From Lachnospiraceae bacterium (GTDB lineage: Bacteria; Bacillota; Clostridia; Lachnospirales; Lachnospiraceae), in NCBI GenBank assembly GCA_017622845.1, contig JAGAQJ010000002.1:11830-75829 (forward strand): DNA of 64,000 nt, in the 5' to 3' direction. Of this stretch, positions 59,653-64,000 are shown piece by piece. How positions within the stretch are numbered: position 1 is the first letter of the stretch; the number at the start of each line of letters is the position of its first letter. The position numbers and the translations under genes are program-made. The notes below the pieces were generated by a model. It was given only the letters and a program-made list of their open reading frames with translations, searched no databases and was not told the DNA's origin.

Positions 59653-61281
59653 ATGGGAAGGAAGAAGCATTCAGCATTCAAAAATATAGCGGCTGTACTG
59701 TGCTGTACCGTTTTTGCAGGCGCGTATGGATTTGGCGGATATTATCTGGTAAATGCCGTTGTCAATAACGGCGGAGCAGATGCGGTTCCTGCATGGCTTA
59801 ACAAAGTGGAAATCCGCGTCAATGAGCAGGCAGCGCTTGCACAGAATGCTGCAAAGGGAGAACAGATTGCCTCGGATCAGGCAGGACAGGAGCAGAACAG
59901 CAGCAGCCAAAATAACGGAGATGACAGCTTTTCTGATAACATGCTTCCCGAGCCGCGTTTCAAGGAGGAGGAAGCTGAGACAGAAACCATAACGGAAGAG
60001 CAGACACAGGAGCCTGAGACAGAAGCACCGGAAACGGACGGAAATGAGGAGAAGACTTCCGCAGAGGAAAAAGAGTCCGGGAAAAAGAATAACGAGAAAA
60101 AAGGTTCTGAGACAGAAGCGTCCAATACAGAAGAAACAGAAGCCGGAGAAACAGAGACTGAAGAAGCGGAATCAGAAGAAACAGAGGAATCAGAAACCGA
60201 AACACAGAACGAAGAGAAGAGCAGAGAACCGCAGGTTACGGTCAGGCGCGTGGAGGTGCTTGAGCAGGAAGAGGTGCCTGCCGCTGCCGCAGCAGGTGTA
60301 ACCGCTGTTGTGAAGGCAGCCATGCCCTGCGTCGTATCCATCACAAATGAATATACGGCATATGACTACTGGTATGATGAGGAAGTAGACGAGGAGGCAA
60401 ATGGTTCCGGCATCATTGTGGCACAGAGCGAGGAGGAGCTTTTGATTGTCACCAACTATCACGTGATAGAGGACAATAACAGCTTGTATGTACAGTTCAT
60501 TGATGATGAGGAAACGGCAGCTTATGTCAAGGGAGTTTCACCGGAAAATGATCTGGCGATTGTCTCTGTCTTTTTGGAGGATATGCAGGAGGAAACACTG
60601 GAAAGCATAGCGATTGCAGCGCTGGGCGATTCAGACAGCCTGCAGGTCGGAGAACCGGCAATCGCCATCGGCAACTCGCTTGGCTATGGGCAGTCCGTGA
60701 CAACAGGCGTTATCAGCGCACTCAACAGAGATATCTTTGGAGAAGATGCAGATACAAGCCAGGGATATTTGATACAGACTGATGCTGCAATCAATCCGGG
60801 CAATTCGGGCGGAGCGCTTTTGAATGTCAGAGGAGAGGTTATCGGTATCAATTCCAGCAAGATTGCAGATTATGTGATTGAGGGAATGGGATATGCCATA
60901 CCAATCTCTACGGCAAAACCGATTATTGAAGATTTGATGCAGAAAGAGACAAGAAAGAAGGTTGCCGCCGAGGATCGTGCATTTCTTGGAATATCAGGCA
61001 CCGATGTGACAGAAGATGTAGCAGGGCGGTTTGAAATGCCGGAGGGTGTATATGTATCAAAGGTTCTTGAGGGCACTGCCGCCGAGGAAGCAGGCATCCT
61101 CAAGGGCGATATCATTACTTACATAGACGGTGAAAAGACCAGACAAATGGCAGGACTTCAGAATTTGCTGGAATATTATGCAGCAGGGGCAAAAGTTGAA
61201 GTGGTTCTTATGAGGCAGAGTGACGGAGAGTACAGAGAACTGACAATTGAGGTAACACTTGGACAGAAGGAAAATGAATGA
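59653..61281 (+). CDS. htrA: HtrA/DegP-family serine protease with a TM anchor, acidic linker and PDZ domain
   Basis: The catalytic triad contexts are TNYHVIED, NDLAIVSV and TDAAINPGNSGGALLN. The C-terminal PDZ domain contains LGISGTDV...GILKGDIITYIDGEK. The linker is E/T-rich. Confidence 0.85.
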   Translation: MGRKKHSAFKNIAAVLCCTVFAGAYGFGGYYLVNAVVNNGGADAVPAWLNKVEIRVNEQAALAQNAAKGEQIASDQAGQEQNSSSQNNGDDSFSDNMLPEPRFKEEEAETETITEEQTQEPETEAPETDGNEEKTSAEEKESGKKNNEKKGSETEASNTEETEAGETETEEAESEETEESETETQNEEKSREPQVTVRRVEVLEQEEVPAAAAAGVTAVVKAAMPCVVSITNEYTAYDYWYDEEVDEEANGSGIIVAQSEEELLIVTNYHVIEDNNSLYVQFIDDEETAAYVKGVSPENDLAIVSVFLEDMQEETLESIAIAALGDSDSLQVGEPAIAIGNSLGYGQSVTTGVISALNRDIFGEDADTSQGYLIQTDAAINPGNSGGALLNVRGEVIGINSSKIADYVIEGMGYAIPISTAKPIIEDLMQKETRKKVAAEDRAFLGISGTDVTEDVAGRFEMPEGVYVSKVLEGTAAEEAGILKGDIITYIDGEKTRQMAGLQNLLEYYAAGAKVEVVLMRQSDGEYRELTIEVTLGQKENE

Positions 61282-62918
61282 TACATCAAACGGAGGACAG
61301 CATGTTAGATAAGGATAACAATTTTGACAACAACGAAGAGATGGATGTACTGGATGTGACAGACGACAAGTCAAAATCCGGCGATGATGACAAGTCGGAG
61401 TCAGAGCGTCCGGACGCAGAGAAGTATGGTGAGGATAAGGAAAGCGAATATGAAGATGTCTGCTTTATCTGCAGGCGTCCGGAAAGCAAGACAGGAAGAA
61501 TGTTTAAGCTCCCAAACCATATTTCCGTTTGTCCGGACTGTATGCACAAGACAATGGATACCGTAAGCCAGTTTGACTATCAGGGCTTGCTGAACAATAC
61601 AAATATGAATCTGGATCAGGATAATGGCAAAGAGGGCAAGAGACGCTTCCCGAATATCAGTTTTGTCAATATCGCGGACTTGCAGGGAGACGGCGGAATT
61701 CCAAACCGCCAGAAGCTTAAGAAGAAAAAGCCGAAGGAGAAGAAAGAGGAGGCTGTATTTAACATTAACAGTCTTCCGGCGCCGCACAAGATTAAGGCAC
61801 AGCTCGACGATTATGTGGTAGGGCAGGATTATGCAAAGAAAGTGATCTCGGTAGCAGTCTATAACCATTATAAGCGCGTGACTACAGGCACGATGGACGA
61901 TATTGAGATTGAAAAGTCCAATATTCTGCTTCTGGGACCGACTGGATGCGGTAAGACTTATATGGTCAAGACGCTTGCAAGACTGCTGGACGTTCCTCTT
62001 GCGATTGCAGATGCCACCTCACTGACAGAGGCAGGATATATTGGTGATGACATTGAGTCTGTGATTTCCAAGCTTCTGGCTGCAGCCGATAATGACGTGG
62101 AAAAGGCAGAGCAGGGCATTGTCTTTATTGATGAGATTGATAAGATTGCAAAGAAAAAGAACACGACCTCGCGCGATGTGAGCGGTGAGTCCGTACAGCA
62201 GGGAATGCTGAAGCTCTTAGAAGGGGCAGATGTGGAGGTGCCGGTAGGGGCAAACAGCAAGAATGCGATGGTGCCCTTGACAACCATCAATACCAGAAAT
62301 ATCCTGTTTATCTGCGGCGGAGCTTTTCCGGATTTGGAGGAGATTATCAAGCAGCGTCTTACCAGGCAGTCTTCTATCGGATTTAATGCAGAACTGAAGG
62401 ATGCCTTTGATAAAGAGAAAAATCTCCTGAAAAAGGTAACTGTTGAGGACATTAAAAAGTTTGGAATGATTCCTGAGTTTATCGGCCGTCTGCCTATCAT
62501 ATGCCCGATGGACAGCTTAACACAGGAGAGCTATGTCAAAATATTAAAAGAGCCGAAAAATGCCATTTTAAAACAATATCAAAAGCTTCTTGAGCTGGAT
62601 GAGGTAAAATTGAATTTTGATGACAGCGCTTTGGAAGCAATTGCAAAAAAGGCGATGGAGAGAGACACCGGAGCACGTGCACTGAGGGCCATCATAGAGG
62701 AGTTCATGCTTGACATTATGTATGAGATACCAAAAGATGACAATATCGGAGAGGTAACGATTACAGGGGATTATATCAACGGCACAGGCGGTCCTGTGAT
62801 TGACATTCGAACCGACAATGTACATGCAAAGCAGAATCTGCAGGTATCTGCCGGGGAGAAAAAGGCAGCACCGGAGACGCCCAAAAAGCCGGAGGAGCAC
62901 AATTTTTATGAATTTTAA
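61278..62918 (+). CDS. clpX: ClpX-type AAA+ unfoldase, long form with an acidic N-terminal extension
   Basis: It has an ATGA overlap with htrA. The zinc-ribbon cysteine pattern is CFICRRP...CPDC. It has Walker A LLLGPTGCGKT, the pore loop TEAGYIGDD, Walker B IVFIDEIDK and an IGF loop (SSIGFNA). Confidence 0.85.
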   Translation: MIHQTEDSMLDKDNNFDNNEEMDVLDVTDDKSKSGDDDKSESERPDAEKYGEDKESEYEDVCFICRRPESKTGRMFKLPNHISVCPDCMHKTMDTVSQFDYQGLLNNTNMNLDQDNGKEGKRRFPNISFVNIADLQGDGGIPNRQKLKKKKPKEKKEEAVFNINSLPAPHKIKAQLDDYVVGQDYAKKVISVAVYNHYKRVTTGTMDDIEIEKSNILLLGPTGCGKTYMVKTLARLLDVPLAIADATSLTEAGYIGDDIESVISKLLAAADNDVEKAEQGIVFIDEIDKIAKKKNTTSRDVSGESVQQGMLKLLEGADVEVPVGANSKNAMVPLTTINTRNILFICGGAFPDLEEIIKQRLTRQSSIGFNAELKDAFDKEKNLLKKVTVEDIKKFGMIPEFIGRLPIICPMDSLTQESYVKILKEPKNAILKQYQKLLELDEVKLNFDDSALEAIAKKAMERDTGARALRAIIEEFMLDIMYEIPKDDNIGEVTITGDYINGTGGPVIDIRTDNVHAKQNLQVSAGEKKAAPETPKKPEEHNFYEF

Positions 62919-63552
62919 TGATATGAAATGCTTTGCACGTCCGCCGAAATTCAAACAGCGCATGATTATGATGATGTGCGGAGTGACAGTGCAGGGTATG
63001 GGGTTATCCGTGCTGAGGGCAATCAACTTAGGCACGGACCCTTGTTCCTGCCTGACACAGGGAGTCACGAATTTTGTTCCGCTGAGCTTCGGCACCTGCC
63101 AGCTTTTGTGCCATCTGGTTACATTTCTCTTTGTAATCAAATATGACCTTGGCATGATCGGCTTCGGCACGATTGGAAATATGTGCTTTCTTGGCTATAT
63201 TTCTGATTTTTTTCAGTGGATTTGGTCACTGCTTCTGCCGGCAGGCTTCTTTGAGACTGCTGTGAACCGATACATACTGCTTCTGCCGGCGCTTGCCGTG
63301 TTTTTGCTGGGCGCTTCGGCATACATGTGTGCGGGGCTTGGTTCCTCGCCTTATGACGCTCTGCCGTTTATTATATCAGCTCATGTGAAAAAAGTGCCCT
63401 TTAAGGCAATCCGTATGATCTGGGACTGCAGCTTTATGGCAGCAGGCTTTCTTCTTGGCGGTGATGTTGGAATCGTTACGATTCTTGTGGCATTTTTTCT
63501 CGGACCCATTATTACGTGGATGCAGAAAAAGATGGAGGTACTGATTGCATAA
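62908..63552 (+). CDS. YczE/YitT-like integral membrane protein
   Basis: The ATG at 62908 follows a GGAGGAG RBS and overlaps the clpX end by 11 nt. It has five or six TM helices. The pattern LGTDPCSCLTQG...IGFGTIGNMCFLGYISDFF resembles YczE-type proteins. Confidence 0.5.
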   Translation: MNFNDMKCFARPPKFKQRMIMMMCGVTVQGMGLSVLRAINLGTDPCSCLTQGVTNFVPLSFGTCQLLCHLVTFLFVIKYDLGMIGFGTIGNMCFLGYISDFFQWIWSLLLPAGFFETAVNRYILLLPALAVFLLGASAYMCAGLGSSPYDALPFIISAHVKKVPFKAIRMIWDCSFMAAGFLLGGDVGIVTILVAFFLGPIITWMQKKMEVLIA

Positions 63553-64000
63553 ATGACAGAACTTGAGGAATATTACAACAAATTTAACGAGGAGAAGCGG
63601 TTGAATTCCCGCCATGGACAGGTGGAGTACCGTGTCTCCATGAAATATATCCACGAGTACCTTGATGAGGCAGCGGCAAAAGTGAACAATGCTGCTGCCT
63701 CAGTTAGCGAAGTGAAACTGCTGGATATCGGCGCTGGAACCGGACGCTACAGTGTTGCGCTTGCAGAGGAAGGGTATGATGTGACGGCAGTCGAGCTTGT
63801 AAAATATAATCTGGGTATTCTGAAGCAGAAAGCAAGCAGTGTCAGGGCGCTGCATGGAAATGCCATGAATCTGAAAAAGCTGGAAAATGACAGCTTTGAC
63901 GTCACTCTTTTATTTGGACCAATGTATCATCTGTTTGGGTTTGAGGACAAGAGGAAGGCGCTTGGCGAGGCAAAGCGCGTTACGAAGCCGGGGGGCGTAA
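63553..64000 (+). CDS. Class-I SAM-dependent methyltransferase, 3'-truncated by the window edge
   Basis: The ATG at 63553 immediately follows the upstream stop, and the frame stays open to the window end. My own translation gives MTELEEYYNKFNEEKRLNS...LLDIGAGTGRYSVALAEEGYDVTAVELV...FDVTLLFGPMYHL. This ORF is not listed in the track because it has no stop in the window. Confidence 0.75.
   Translation, partial: MTELEEYYNKFNEEKRLNSRHGQVEYRVSMKYIHEYLDEAAAKVNNAAASVSEVKLLDIGAGTGRYSVALAEEGYDVTAVELVKYNLGILKQKASSVRALHGNAMNLKKLENDSFDVTLLFGPMYHLFGFEDKRKALGEAKRVTKPGGV

Noticed and set aside
1-64000. I searched by eye for mobile-element genes, tRNA/rRNA genes, CRISPR arrays, and toxin-antitoxin or defence-system hallmarks.
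   Set aside because: No transposase, integrase, recombinase, cas, restriction or nuclease-like ORFs were recognised. No cloverleaf-like tRNA sequences were noticed in the intergenic regions. The only mobile-like signals are the short hairpin repeats.

Overview
This window is a ~64 kb cell-envelope glycopolymer super-locus. It looks Gram-positive and Clostridia/Lachnospiraceae-like, but that taxon guess rests on protein flavour only and cannot be verified here. All called genes except one (signal peptidase I) are on the + strand, and many are translationally coupled. I saw no rRNA, tRNA, CRISPR array, transposase or integrase.

Modules in order:
1. A complete 2-aminoethylphosphonate (AEP) pathway: phnW, a cytidylyltransferase::PEP-mutase fusion, a LicC-like nucleotidyltransferase and phosphonopyruvate decarboxylase. 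It is followed by an unusual YidC-insertase-domain::TagF-type phosphotransferase fusion.
2. A small exported membrane peptide convergent with signal peptidase I.
3. A YfhO-like GT-C, a GtrB-like polyprenyl-P-sugar synthase, an FAD oxidoreductase, a degenerate GtrB paralog and an RmlD-like reductase.
4. A CotH kinase / VTC / DUF4956 triad behind a consensus promoter and a leader terminator.
5. A GH78 rhamnosidase lipoprotein, a Dpm1-like GT2, phosphoglycosyltransferase #1, a TagA-like GT26, a YdjC deacetylase, an SGNH lipoprotein, GT-C-like membrane proteins and an ArnE/F-like flippase pair.
6. Two membrane-anchored GH25 muramidases. One of them splits rfbB-rfbA from rfbC.
7. A Wzm/Wzt-type ABC exporter with a Wzt C-terminal glycan-binding domain, a methyltransferase, a run of multi-domain GT2s, phosphoglucomutase, GtrA, phosphoglycosyltransferase #2 and an LCP ligase.
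8. glmS, htrA, a long clpX paralog, a YczE-like membrane protein and a methyltransferase truncated by the window's 3' edge.

The intergenic DNA carries a modular family of hairpin repeats. They have C-GAA-G mini-hairpins, a CTGAACTG core, and compensatory substitutions between copies. There is also a ~225-nt structured element upstream of rfbB.

The strongest candidates for undescribed biology are the YidC::TagF fusion tied to phosphonate activation, the CotH-VTC-DUF4956 triad, the GtrB/FAD-oxidase/RmlD-like/GT-C module (DprE1/DprE2-like logic) and the repeat family.
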